From: Hyphochytrium catenoides
Lineage: Eukaryota; Protista; Hyphochytriomycota
Length of the DNA: 64,000 bases
Direction: 5' to 3'
Assembly (NCBI GenBank): GCA_900088475.1
Contig: FLMG01003917.1
Coordinates: forward strand, 91,669-155,668
This document shows positions 24,101 to 36,771 of this stretch, one piece after another. Numbering within the stretch: the stretch's first letter is position 1; every line of letters starts with the position of its first letter. The notes under the pieces were generated by a model that saw nothing but the letters and a program-made list of their open reading frames with translations, made no database searches and had not been told where the DNA came from. The position numbers and the translations under genes were made by a program.

Positions 24101-26471
24101 AACCTGTGGCAGGTCATGTTGACCTCTGTTCCTCCTTCTCGCGCCACCTTGGGAGAGAAGTAATTGAGGGATCCTCTCTTGCTAGCCCTGCCGTCCTGTT
24201 TCCTGATGAAGCTCTGTCGAACGCTGAGTTCGTAGCGGTAAAGCCTTGTCTCTTCCTTACTTGCTCAACCGGACTGTGAACTCGAAAGCAATCTTTATGA
24301 TCTGAGAAGCTACTCTGCTTGCTTGCCTTGATGGCGCCCCATACGTTCGACCAATGCCGCTTCTATCTCCCCTTAGGCTGTGAAAGCTCTGGCCCTCCGA
24401 CTGGGAAAGGAGCTCGGGCGCGAGAGGACAGACAGTCAAGGGCGCATTGTCACCTGGAGACAATTCCTCCGCAGTCTTATGCAGACAATCCTGGTAGACA
24501 ATAGATTGACTTTTTCTAGTTCTTTGCTTTCTTTGGGACGGTCCTCCGACCTGCCTAGTTCCAACTTCGTGGCGGAAGCACTTCCAACAACTCTTGTTAA
24601 TGCATCCCTGGCCTGTTCACTGTTTCCTTTAACATTGTTTCCCTGCCTTAGTCTCTCTTTCTAACCTTCGTTCTCATAAGGCGAGGGAGTCAGGGCCCGT
24701 CAGTCCGGCCCGTTGGCCACTCTCCTCGTCTACTGCGGCTTCCTCTTGGAGCACAGAAAGGAGAGGATGGCATTATGCATTGCTCCTGGTCGGTGTGCCA
24801 GTGCTGCCTCCTGGCATTATCTTTGCCACCGAAGAAAAGAATAAGTTACGGACTACCGAGGACCTAGCTCATATATTTGTCATCTCCAGTAAAGTCAAGA
24901 TAGGAAAAGAGGTAGCTGACCCTGGCCCCCTTAGGACTGTCAATGTCGTCCGCATTTTCGTCAAGTTTCCTACCTATGTCCCCGCCGACTTCATCATCTT
25001 TCTCTCAAACCTTCAAGCACGTTTTCGCACTGATCTATCGTTAGTCGAGTGGTCGACTTGTGATCTTATGCATTCTCCGTCCTCCTTCCTTCGCGGGCTA
25101 GGACTTTGTGGTCGTCACTTATGAATCAGAAGCCAGACTGATCACCTTAGGTAAGTGACAGAAAAGGTAGTGGAAGTTAAGAGAGAGAGAGAGAGTAAAA
25201 GAGACAGATGACGCTAGCTAAACGAAAAGAACTCAATTGTTAAGGTAGAGGATAGCTCAAGGCGCGGTTTATGCTACTGCACGGTATGAAGGCACATTGT
25301 CTCTTTAACTCTCAGCTCTCATCATTCTTTCCACCCTGCCGTTAATGCCTCCTTTAATAGATCGTCCCCTTTCCGAGAATGCCAAGCCAGACACCGAGCT
25401 CTCTCTGTTTCTCCCTAACAGCAACATTGTGCCGCACTTTAAGACTAAGACCATCTGGGAGCGAGAGCCCGGGAACAAGTTCGAGCAGAAGAGCGACGAA
25501 CAGGAATACTTTCAAGACTTTCAGTTCCTACCTCCTGAGAGTGATTGCGAGGTGGCGGCTAAGGTTGGGCCCTTCAAGTCTTCTCAGGCTGCCAGGAAGT
25601 TCCTCAACCGATGGAAGTTGCTATGCAAAGAGGCCTTTCAAAAGAAAGTGTATGTCGCAATACGTAGGGGCTGACTCTCTTGTTTGCCCACATGCCCATT
25701 CCGCCCATTTTCCCTTTTTGCCTCGTGTCTGCTTCTAGCTTCAGCCACTTGTGTCTTCCCTCTATTGCATTTCAAGCCCTTGGGATGGGCATAGGACTCC
25801 AGTGACTTACTTTACCCTGCTCCTTCGTCGTGTCGACAGCTGCGGTGAGTCGAGTCCAGCGTGCAAGGTCTATTGTCCACAGAAACTTGGAGAGTTCCCG
25901 GTATTTATCCCTCTGCCCTGCTCCAAATGCGTTGCTTCACTATATCATTGGACACCAGAAGCTGTCATATCTTCAGGGAATCTGTCCTCTGCTTCTCTCT
26001 TACCACCCCTTTCTTACCCTTACTATCATGCAGTGCGTGTCAGATATGGTTCGCCTTGGTTCGAGTCTAGCTCAGCAGGAGCTGGGTAAGGCGACATTTT
26101 TGAAGACATTGAAGTCCAGACCTCAATTGGAGAGGAAAAAGAATGACTACCATAGAAAACTACCCTGGCCAGGTCTGCCTTCGGCCCCTGCAGGACCCAT
26201 TCGCAATTTTAAATATTGTCTTGCCGTTGCTGCATTGTTAGCTCTTCGGCAGTATCGTCCCTCTTCCTCTCATGGTGTTGCAGCTTCAAGATAGCTTTCG
26301 GTGGTGCCGATCCCTTGCTCTATAGACTCATGCATCGCCTGCCTCTTCACCTGCATAGGTTCACCCTTAACGCGCAACTCTGCGTTGTTTCCACGCACGC
26401 GGACCGACCAAGACAAAGCCGATATTGATAAAGACTCTGTCCGCAGAGCCATCAACTTCAGCACGGATTGA
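21153..26471 (+). CDS. Ankyrin-repeat protein with N-terminal coiled coil and uncharacterised C-terminal region (multi-exon; ends approximate)
   Basis: Spliced exons give LLHVAVDQ...FLVGDVGIDPNITD, GRTPLHVAAVRG and MCEVLVELGADDAFTDKAGFTPLSLA (ankyrin repeats). Further plausible exons continue to a TGA at ~26469-26471. Confidence 0.65.
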
Positions 26472-26663
26472 GAGATCGAGCCATCGCTGCACCGGCGCGG
26501 TAGAAACAACATGGACGCAGGCAGCTTGCCGAGCTCCTCGATGGAGGATGACCGATGATGGAGGATGAGACTTCACAGAGGGCTTGTTGCAGGCAATGTG
26601 GACACTGACGGGAGCTTCCCGGCCAAGACTATGTCCTGTCCTGGCCACAATATTTCCAGGACT

Positions 26664-27610
26664 TCAGTCAATCGGCTTTACGTACTTCTCATAGCTCGCC
26701 AGCAGTTCATTTTCTTTGGCTTGCATCAGGGCGTAATCATCATCGTGGTCATGAGTGTACCTGGCGAGACCAAACTGTTAGAGGACCACATTGAAAGGAT
26801 CATGCAAACCTCGTTGACAGAAGGTGCAGCGGGCGCCCCGAGGTTGCCTAAAGCTAGAGCATCAGCAGCCATCTTAAAGGTGTTAATGCATCCGTCGGTC
26901 CGAAGGCCTAACTCTTGACCGCTTGGCGCATAGACAGTCTCTAATTTATCTTCTTATTCATTATCAGCCATCCAAATGCTCGTCCTGGTCTTTCTCGACC
27001 TCTCGATCTCCCTCGTTCTTGTCTGGCATATCTTAAGTTTCATTCTCCTTTTCTCTTTCTCTCTCTCTCTCGCGCATAGCAAATCTTGTCAAAAACTTAC
27101 CCGATCAGATGGCAGAGGCTGTGTGCGAGAAGCACAGGCATGTGCTTCGCCAAAGGTGTCTGAGTTTCCTCGCAGTATTCTACAATGTAGGGCATGCCAA
27201 AGTAAACCTCTCCCAAGTAGCGCATCTGTGCCTTTGGAGTCGGTTTGATGATCCCTGGACTGCTAACCTGGTGCGATGACCGTAGGGAAGAAGGTCATCA
27301 GCACAGGGATCGGAGAGAAACGAAGGGAGAGGTTGACATACCTCAACGAAGGGGTAGGAGAGGACATCTGTGGGTCTATCAACTCCTCGATCACGTCGAT
27401 TGAGCTCCTGGATCTTCTCGTTACTGGTCATCCGCAAGTTGAGCTCCCTGTCTGGGCTGTTAGATGTTGCACCACGAAGGACAGGACGCCAACCTCGGCT
27501 TACCATTTGCTCAGACCCAAGCACTTTAGCATGGCATTTCCTTGATTTCGAAGAAGCTTCATTGGGTAGATCCCCAGCAGGCTTTTCCGACAAATCACCA
27601 AAGCTCCCAT
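26664..27610 (-). CDS. YBEY: Endoribonuclease YbeY (UPF0054), eukaryotic/organellar type, 4 exons
   Basis: Exons 27610-27504, 27447-27342, 27267-27101, 26760-26664 give IQELNRRDRGVDRPTDVLSYPF, LGEVY and the metal motif HSLCHLIGYTH. Confidence 0.9.
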
Positions 27611-27913
27611 TCCTCCGGTTCGGCTAGAGCTCTCGTCACTGCAGGATCAAAGCCAAGAGATGCATCTCGACTAGAAGCCATGATGATGCGACTGCACTTT
27701 GAGCTCTGCCATCACCGCCGATCCGCAATAGGAAATCTGCAGAATTCACCAGCAGATCGACGAGAAGAACGCAATGACGCTGCTGTTGTAGTAAGCTCTG
27801 TCGCACTGTACGACGCTGTGCTCCGAAGGCGGTTAGCGGCTCAATAGGTGAGAGGATGATGAAAAGCCGAAGTCGAGAACGAGAAGGAGGCAGCTCTTTC
27901 TTCTTCAAAGATC

Positions 27914-28043
27914 TAGAGCTTCATTGTGATAATGTTGAGTTCACATAGAGCTTCGGCGTGATAATGTTGAGCTCACATAGAGCTTCAGATAGTGTTAATG
28001 TTAAGCTCGCATAGAGCTTCAGGGTGATGATAACGTTGAGCTC
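27914..28043. repeat. Minisatellite, ~32-34 bp unit x4 (TAGAGCTTC...GTGATAATGTTGAGCTCACA)
   Basis: Four adjacent degenerate copies with no intervening spacers. Confidence 0.85.
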
Positions 28044-28049
28044 TGGCCG

Positions 28050-30200
28050 TCGTCAGCATTGTTGTTCACTTCTTCTTTTGCCCGCGAAGAATGATAATAT
28101 TTATGCCAAGAAGACAACAACACCAAGCACAAGCTAAGGCTTACTCTGCTGCTGCCAGCGAGCTACGAGCCTGCTAATTATTATTGTTTTGATGATATTA
28201 TAGCGTCGCATTGTCGTGGGCTGTCGTCAGGGGTGTTCTCATGATGCACGGCCATCATGGTTAGATAGAGGCAGGCAAGGGATGATGATTGAACACTCAC
28301 AATAATATAATAAGAAAGGCTAGCTCTAGGCAGTCATCAGCAACATATAGCATCCTCCTGACTCCCTCCTTCCTCTCCTTCGTAACAAATAAATGACGAA
28401 CAACTACGACGGTTATGATGGTCTGCAGGGTAGTATACGACGTAGAGGAGGAGTAGGGATCGGCAGCAGCTGAGGATGAGGATTCTTTTTTGCCATCAGT
28501 CCCTAAGTGGTACACTGCACCTTGAAGAACTCTTCACGTTAGAAGCACCAACAACTATTAGTTACTCCTCCGTCCTCACCCTACTCCTGTGACTGATGAT
28601 GATGTCACAGAGTTGTTAATTGCCTCTTCTTATGCCTTTATTATAATACAAGCAGAAGAGAGGACCGACATTATTTTGCGCCTCGTGAGCGTAGTCTATG
28701 CTACTCCCTCTTTGTTACCATTGGTGACGACGACCGACGACTCCTCCTCGTTATTAGCCATCAATAGCTCCTACTACTAATAGCCTGACGTCCATTCTCT
28801 GGGTGATGGAGAGGGTTTAACTCCAGGTCTAAATGGTGATGATGATGCATTATGGTGATGACACTGCAGATGACCGACGGCACTACTACTCCTATCGCGG
28901 AAAAGGCTAACAATTCTCCTCCGCCCTAGTGACTACTCTGTCTTCACTTACTTGATAGCCAGGAAGAAGTATCGTCACCAAATAGATGGACAGAAGCAAC
29001 CAGCAACAACAGCACGAGCTTTCTCAGTCCAGCCTCTTTTCAGTCTTACTATTCGCTCTCATTCTATATAAGGATATCGCTGGCTTACAAGCATGGACAA
29101 GTACCAGTTGAAGGGAAGCAGCAATAATATTCCTTCCCCTCTCGCTCCCTCCAGTGTGCTGACCCATTACTTTTCTACCCCAGCAAGGTTTCTTCTTCAC
29201 TCTTCTTCTACTCTTGCCATCACGACCTGCTCTTCCGGCTCTGTAGAATGTTATGCTGCCAATGAGCTGCTGGAGGTGGTCGTCTACGCCCATCATCGTC
29301 TTTTCTTATCACTCTTTTGGGAATGGAAGCAGGAGTATAGAGTTCCTGTGCGGAAGGCCTTCTTCGGAGGGCCATGCAAGAAGAGACAAGCTTAAGAGGA
29401 GTCATTGGACCCCGCTCCCTGTCGTTAGACTTGGTCCTCCAAATCCGGACTTTTACGATGCTTCTTCATGATGATACGCATAGTAGAGTCGTTCCCCGAC
29501 CAGCCCGGCCCTTGCGTCGTTGTTGGTACTACCGCACCAAGAAACTAATAAGAACAGTTATCCTTGTCGTCACAACCTCCTCGATCTTCCTTTCCATTTG
29601 GTTGTTGACGTCGTCCTGGCCCATCTTCGTTTTCTTCGCCTTCCCTCAGCCACCGTCACAAATGTTACAGATCATCAAGCATAAAGAGTGCACATTAACC
29701 TCTTCTTCTTGTGTGGATGTCTCCTCCCATGATGGTCTGCTAACAGCATGCTATTGGAGGAAGAAGCGTGGGTCTGATGATCAACCATGTAACGCCTGAC
29801 TGATGAGAATGAACGTAAGATATGCCTTGATGAGCACCAGCTTCAAACCATCTACTCCGGAATATAAGAAGGCCCTCCTAGAAGAACCTCAACGGTAGAA
29901 CATGCGCACTCTGACAGCCTTCCCATCGCTCCTCAATGTTAACACCATTTGCGTCTAGTTCCTCGAGGTTAAAAGCCTCCATGAGATGAATCCTCTTCCT
30001 CTTCTTCCCAGCCTATTCTTCTTCTTCTAGCGCCATCATGGACTCTTCTGTCACCCAACAGCAGCTGCTCCTAGCCATTCCTCGCCCTTTAGTAATTCTT
30101 TCTTTCACACGCACTTCTGATCTTCATTAGGCCTTGCTTCGACGACAGCGAAGTAAAAAGAGCTTGGGAAGAGAGAAAGAGTCGTCGGATCAAGCATGCA
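28050..30200 (-). pseudogene. Possible decayed coding sequence or element remnant, family unknown
   Basis: No long ORF. The minus-strand frame from the ATG at 30039 reads protein-like (MMALEEEE*AGKKRKRIHLMEAFNLEELDANG...) but is broken by in-frame TAG. The region is rich in trinucleotide runs. Confidence 0.3.
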
Positions 30201-30279
30201 TCATTCTAGGAACAAAAAAGAGGATGAAGGAAGAGGAGAGGGTATGGTTAGGCAGTTGAGGAGATCCGATCCGTCAGTC

Positions 30280-30292
30280 GAGAGAGAGAGAG

Positions 30293-30346
<54 letters not shown>
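30280..30346 (-). repeat. (GA)n microsatellite ((CT)n on minus strand)
   Basis: Directly visible. Confidence 0.95.
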
Positions 30347-30347
<1 letters not shown>

Positions 30348-32170
30348 AAAGATCAAGGGTAACGACACCTAGCACAGAAGGTTTGTAAGGTAAGGAAGAG
30401 AAAAGATCTTCACCAAAGTAAGGAAGAGACAGCGCCAACCAAGAACGGGCAACTCAGCTGCCTAATAATAAGGGATTCTCTACTAACAATACATCCCCTA
30501 CTTCTCCAAATAGGATCTATGGGCAAACGCATTGATTCCTCTCCTCTGTCTCGACCCTGTCCGCCCATTCCTCTCCCTCTTCTTTACTTTAATCCTTTGA
30601 ATATCTCACCAAAGTATCCTGCCGCACAAATCTTAAGGAAGAGTTCGCTCTGTCTCAACATCCAGGTCCACCTTGAAGCTGGAGAATGTGGGGTCCCATC
30701 CTTTGTACCAGTGGCCCAGTCCCGCCAACTGGCCTGCTTTCCCCTAACATGTGCTCCTACAAACGCCAGACCAACGAAGAACAGCCAATCATAGGGAAGA
30801 GCTTTATGTGCCTTTTATGATCAGCGTACATCTTCTATTCGGCGTCAATAAACTCCTCATTAATGACAATAGGATCCGGAATAACGGTTTGAGGATTCGA
30901 GATCCAGCCTATAAAGGGAGCAGCTTTACACATTGTTATTTTTAGGTTCGAATAAAGAGTATAAAAAACCAGTGACAAGACTTTTGTAACAGGGCATCCA
31001 TGTCAGGGCCACCAGAAAGAAACGCACCCGTTTCTTCAATCAAAGATCAACATAGAATCAACAAATGGGAAATAAACCTCCTATTTCCTTTAATGCCAGA
31101 ACAATAAAATAGGGCGTTAGCCAATCAATAACTAAATTTAATGCTTACTTTAATAGACTTAGTGCGAGCTGTGTTTTCTGCCCTGGCTGTGGTGTGAGGT
31201 GTGGGGCCGGTGTCGTTTCCCTCTCCTGTCTCTGTACGTGCGTCAGCAGCCGCTAGCCTAACCTTCTTCCGCCGTCTGTCACTCCTGCTGCTGCTCTCTT
31301 CCCTCATCATCAGCGGCACACCAGCCAGCAACCAGCAGCCCACCAGCGAGCAGAGGTTAGAGGCACCACCACAATCACCACAGCGGGGCGAGCTTCTTAG
31401 ACGCTGCTGTGGTAGGGGCGAGGCTGCAGGGAGAGCAGCTCTTCTCAGCTCATCGTTTGAGGGATTAACACGGCTGCCCACAGCAAGCAAGCAGACAACT
31501 AGTTTTGTTGCTCGCTTTCATCCTGCTAACTGGACGAAGGAGGACGAGTAGATTTTACTCCTCTTTCTTCCTGCCGCGCCTTCTTAGCAGAGCTCTCAAG
31601 TTTCGGTGAAGCTTGCATTTTTGCCGGTATGTGCTGGTGCTCCTCCAGTAGTACCGGCCCAACTGTCATACTAGGGAGAGGAGAGTACCAGGGCACACTC
31701 AGCAGCAATGCTAGGACTTAGCCTTGCCTGACGATAACAGTTTTATTGGCCATCCGTCAGTCCTCCTCCTCATACGTCACCATCCTGCCAACAGGAACAG
31801 TAGATACCATACAAAGACTGTCTACCACTTTAATCCCTATCGTGGCAGCAAGAGCCTTCTTTTTTGGGAATATACAAGCCCAGTCTCTTTCAGCGGCGAG
31901 CCTGCACTAAATCTGCTTTTTGCCAGCGGTCCACGCTGCTGACGGGCTCCTCTGGTCTGTCCTCTTTGGCAACACCTCTTAATAGCGTTCTTATACGGTG
32001 ATCTGTGTCTGCGTGAAGAGGAAACTATAGGAAAGGGCGAGAAATGGGTCGCTGGTTGCTGCTAGCAGATTTTGTCAGTTCCTTATTGCTGCGCTGCAGA
32101 TTTGAAAGCTAGCGGGCAGAGGACTAAGGAAGGAAGAGTCTCATTCTCAGACTCTATCACCTTCGATAGT

Positions 32171-35100
32171 ATGGTAGGTGACAATAGCACGTCAAGACGG
32201 GCTAACTCATTGTCATCACTCTCTACTACTACCTATCCCACCTCCTCCACCTCGACGTCCAGCACTATCCAAGATGCTGAAAGCACCAGCTCTTGCGCCA
32301 ATGGCTTGGCTTCGTCTGAGGGTGGCGGAGAGAGGAATGAACTTGTAGGAGGGGAGACTAGAAGCGGCAGAAGGGGAAGAGATAGGACTAACTTGAGGCG
32401 AAAAGACAGCGCGGAATCGGTTGAGATGTCTATCGCTTCGCTAGGCTCCAAGGCAGAAGCCGGTTGTTTGCTAGCGCCGGACGTCAAGAACGCTATAGAG
32501 AGGAATCTTACGGAGACAGCGGAGATTAGTACGCGTCTTTGTGGTGGCGAGTCTGCCGCTGCAGTGGCCCTCCTTTTCTGGCAGCAACCTACTCAGTCAA
32601 CAAGCTCCCCGGACCTGTACCTTTCAGGTCATTGGGGAGAGCTGACCGGGGCGCAGCTAGACAGCCTCATTGAGGTTTTAGAGGATAGCCAAGCCGAGAC
32701 GGTTGGGGAGCAAATGGCGAAGAAGGTTCTAGACCGCAGTGAGGAAGAGAGAAGAGGACAGAACAAGAGTGCTAAGCAGATATCCGGCGGGTCTACTTTC
32801 CCAGATTTGTGTTGCCCGGCAGCAAGAATAGCGGCTAGGGCGGTCATGCCCTCTTCAGGAATTGGCCGTGACGCTGAAAAGGAAGACAAGGCGAGCTTAG
32901 TGATGACAGCACTTCTGATTATGATAGAGGCGCCTCAAAGGGAACAGAAAGACCACGGGGTGACTTTTGTACCTGCGACTGGGGCAGGAGATGAAAGAAG
33001 TGAGCGACGTGGTACAAAGGGAGAAAGGAAGGGAACTCAGCACCATGAAAGGCCACTGGAACTGCTGCTCAAGCAGTCTCTTCAACATGCGCAACTTCGC
33101 CTCGAGAAAGACGCGTTGTCTCAAAGGGAGAAACTTCTCTCTCAGCGCTTACAGCACGCTGCCAAGGCAGTGCCGTTGGGTTTCTGGGAGTGGCACCGAG
33201 AACAAGGACAAAAGGAAGGAGATGAGAGGCTGTTAAGGGAAGACCAGCCACTGAAGGAAGAAGGATCAAAGGCACTAGGCGGTGGTAAATTTGTCTTTGA
33301 TGACACCTGGTACTCTCTATACTCCCGGCTTTCGGAGCATAAGGAGAAGGAAGATCAACAACCTTCATGGTCCTCTGTTCTCCTCCCTCAGGATTTCGAT
33401 AAACAGTCAGAGAAGCTCCAGACCATCATTTCGTCTGCATCGATTCCTTCCTCGTCGTGTGACGTTACTGCTGAGCAGAATAGCTTCTTCCGTATCGTGA
33501 CCCGCCTGAAGGATGAAGAAGTGGGCGTGGATAAGAAAGAGAGAGAGACACAAACAAAGTTGGAGGAGAAGAAGGGCTCCAGACTCATCCAGTCCGCGCT
33601 GCGAGTTATCCGCGATGATCAAGGAAACGTTCAGAGTCTCTTGGGTGTGGATTGGCTGGACATGTCTCCTTCTCCTTGGGTCTCGCCTCCTATCTCAGAG
33701 GAAGAAAGTTTGACAGCAGAAATGTGTTTCCGGTCTATCGTGGATCATCTTCCTCTAGCGCTCTGCGTAAAGGACATACAGGATGGGATGAGGTTCAAGC
33801 TCATCAACAGAAGGACCGAGGAGCTCTACGGCATCCCCGCTTCATCTATCTTAGGTAGAAAACCGGAGGAGATGCCTAAGCATCTTGCTCTGTATTTCGA
33901 AGAGAAAGACCAGAACTTCTTCTCTTCGTCAACGAACTCGTGCTGTCAGCCCTACGTGGGAGAGGAAAGGATGGTGATGCCAGATGGGACTACCAAGCAT
34001 GTTCGCTGCAGTCGCGTCTTGGTCAACGACCGCTACATCTTAGGGGTCAGCGAGGACATCACATCGCTAAGAGAGAGCCAAAAGCAGCTTGAGCTCATCC
34101 TCGGAGCAATAGAAATGGGCATTTGGGAGTGGGACTTAAAAAAGAACCAGGTCATCTGGGATGAGAAGATGCACTCCCTTTTTGGCTTAAAACTTCCCCC
34201 CTCAGCTGCCGGCGGCCCCTTCCTTCAGAGTTATGAGACATGGATGAAGGCGGTGCATCCCGATGATAGAGAGCGGTGCCAAAGAGAGATTGAGCTTGCA
34301 GTGGCCGGAGAGGCAGATTTTCGGACGAAGTTTCGTATTATAATGCCCTCGACGGGTCAGGTGAGGTATATCGCGGCTAAGGCCATCGTTACCTTCGAAG
34401 ACGGCGAGGCAGTTAGCATGTATGGGACAAACTGGGACATCACGGGAGAAGAAGAGTTCAGAGAAGAGACGATGAGAAGATATAGAGAACTGGAGGTGGG
34501 AACACCGTCTATGCTTTACGTTCCTGTCCAAGCTGTCCGTATCGAGCCCTGTCTCGTCACTGTGCTTTCTTCTCATTGGTCGCTCCTGATATGAAACCTG
34601 TCTCATCTCTTGTTGTCCCTCCGCAGACTGCGGCGTTTTCTTTCGGTTTTTGTTGTTCACTCAGTTGTCTTCTTTCTTCCTTATCTTTGTTCCCATTGCC
34701 ATTCTTCCCTGGTCCTCTCGGCAACTGTGGCCTACTGCTTGCCTCGTCTGTAACTTACTCCTGTTACTATTAGGTTATGTTTGGCAGTATGTGCGAGGGA
34801 GTTGTAGTCCATGACCGTGAAGGGAAAGCGGTAGAGTTCAATCCTGCCGCCGCTAAGATGCTGGGGCTGACGACGGAAGAGCTCCCGACATTCCCTAAAT
34901 ACCCAGATCGACTCAAGATAGTAAAGGAGGACGGCTCTCCTTTCCCTCCTGAGGAGTTCCCAAGAGCTGTCACCATGAGGACTGGCGAGCCGCAGGTTAA
35001 CGTCGTACTGGGCTTCTCTTATGACGGTGCGAAGCTTCGGTGGGCCACTCTTTCGTCTTCCCCTATCTTCCAAGAGAAGGAGGTATTACCTTACAGGGTA

Positions 35101-36735
35101 GTCACTACCTTTTCCGACATCACGGAACGGATAGAAGCCTCAGAGGAGCTTCTAAGAAGAAGTCAGCAGATAGAGAGAGAGAAAAGAAAGTTTGAGGGCT
35201 TTGTCTACGCACTCAACGAGACAGCCGCCGTCACCATCACCAATCCGGATGGGATAATCACCTTCTCGAATCAGAAGTTCAGGGAAACCACCGGCTACGG
35301 AGAGATAGACCTGTCTCTCTCGGCAGCCACGCATAGAATTGTCAAGAGCGGAGTTCATTCTCGGGCTTTTTTTGACGAAATGTGGGAGACGATTAAGGAG
35401 AAAAAGAAGGTTTGGCACGGCGAGATCTGCAACAGGAGAAAGGACGGGTCTCTCTACTGGGTGGATATCACCATCATCCCCATTCTGGACACTGAGGGAG
35501 GAGTAGAGCAGTTTATCTCTATCCAGTTCGACGTGACAGAGAGGAAAGAGCTAGAGAGACAGCTCCTCTCCTCCAGAGAAGCTGAGAGGAAAGCAAACAA
35601 TGCCAAGTCTGCTTTCCTTGCTAACATGAGCCATGAGATCAGGACACCTCTCAATGGGATTATAGGGATGTCAGATCTCCTCTCTCTCTCCTCTCTCTCT
35701 CCGGAGCAAATGGATTATGTCGAGACCATTGCCACCTCAGGCAGCATCCTGCTGACGCTGATCAATGATATTCTGGACTTCTCAAAGATTGAAGCAGGGA
35801 AGATAGAGCTAGAAAGAGAGGAATTTGACTTGGTCCGCTATCTGGGGGATCTAAGCAAGGCCTTCAGATTTGCAGCGGAGCAGAAGGGTATATTCTTCCA
35901 CATGGACCTTCCTCGCTTTCAGTACAAGCTCGTAGGGGACAGCGGACGCATCGGACAGATCATCAACAATCTTATGGGTAATGCGATCAAATTCACTGCG
36001 GAAGGAGGCGTGACGTTCAAGGCCCGAGTGAGAGAGCGAGACAAAGAGGCGGAGGAGCGCGCAGGAGGAGAAGGAGCGTGGTGGGAGGAAGACTACGGAG
36101 ATGTGAAGATGGCGGAGGAGGAAGAAGAGGAGGCAAAAGAGAGAACACTTAGTAATGAACCAGACAAGGGACGAAGTCCGACAGGCGTGGGGCACACAAA
36201 GGAGGAACAGGCAAGAGCAGTAAAAGCTGTTGGGGGACCTGTGGACGTCTATTTGGAGATCTCTGATACAGGCATAGGCATCCCTGACGGCGCAAAGAGT
36301 AAGCTGTTCACCTCGTTCACCCAGGCCGAAAGAACCACCAGCAAGAGGTTTGGAGGGACGGGCCTTGGTCTATCTATCTGCAAAGGTCTGATAGACCTGA
36401 TGCGCGGCTCCATAAATTTTGATAGCAAAGTTGACGAAGGAAGCACTTTCAGGGTGCGCTTTTCTTTGCAAAAAGGTGGGCGGATTGAGCAAGACAGAGC
36501 ATCTCTCTCCAACAACTTCAGAAGGGAGAGGATAGTGAGTGAGGAGGAGCACCCAGGGATGAGAAGACCAGAAAGAGGAGACACCGGCTCGTGTATATTG
36601 GTGGCAGAGGATAACAGGATCAACCAGAAGATTTTAGGCAGGATGTTGCAGAAGCTGAACTACCAGTTCTCACTTGTCTCGGATGGAAGCGAGGCCGTGG
36701 AAGAGCTCAAGAACCACCGAGAGAGGTATGATCTC

Positions 36736-36771
<36 letters not shown>

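Noticed and set aside
26565-27279. Plus-strand small gene (MSVPGETKLL...)
   Set aside because: It is antisense to, and better explained by, the YBEY exons and intron on the minus strand.
27914-28043. CRISPR-like array (32-34-bp repeats)
   Set aside because: The repeats are directly adjacent with no unique spacers, there are no cas genes, and the context is eukaryotic.
30860-30960. GGTTCGA/T-loop-like motifs suggesting tRNA (also near 26058 and 39009)
   Set aside because: No cloverleaf or acceptor stem can be built around them.
35209-35540. LOV blue-light sensor
   Set aside because: The photoactive NCRFLQ cysteine motif is absent.
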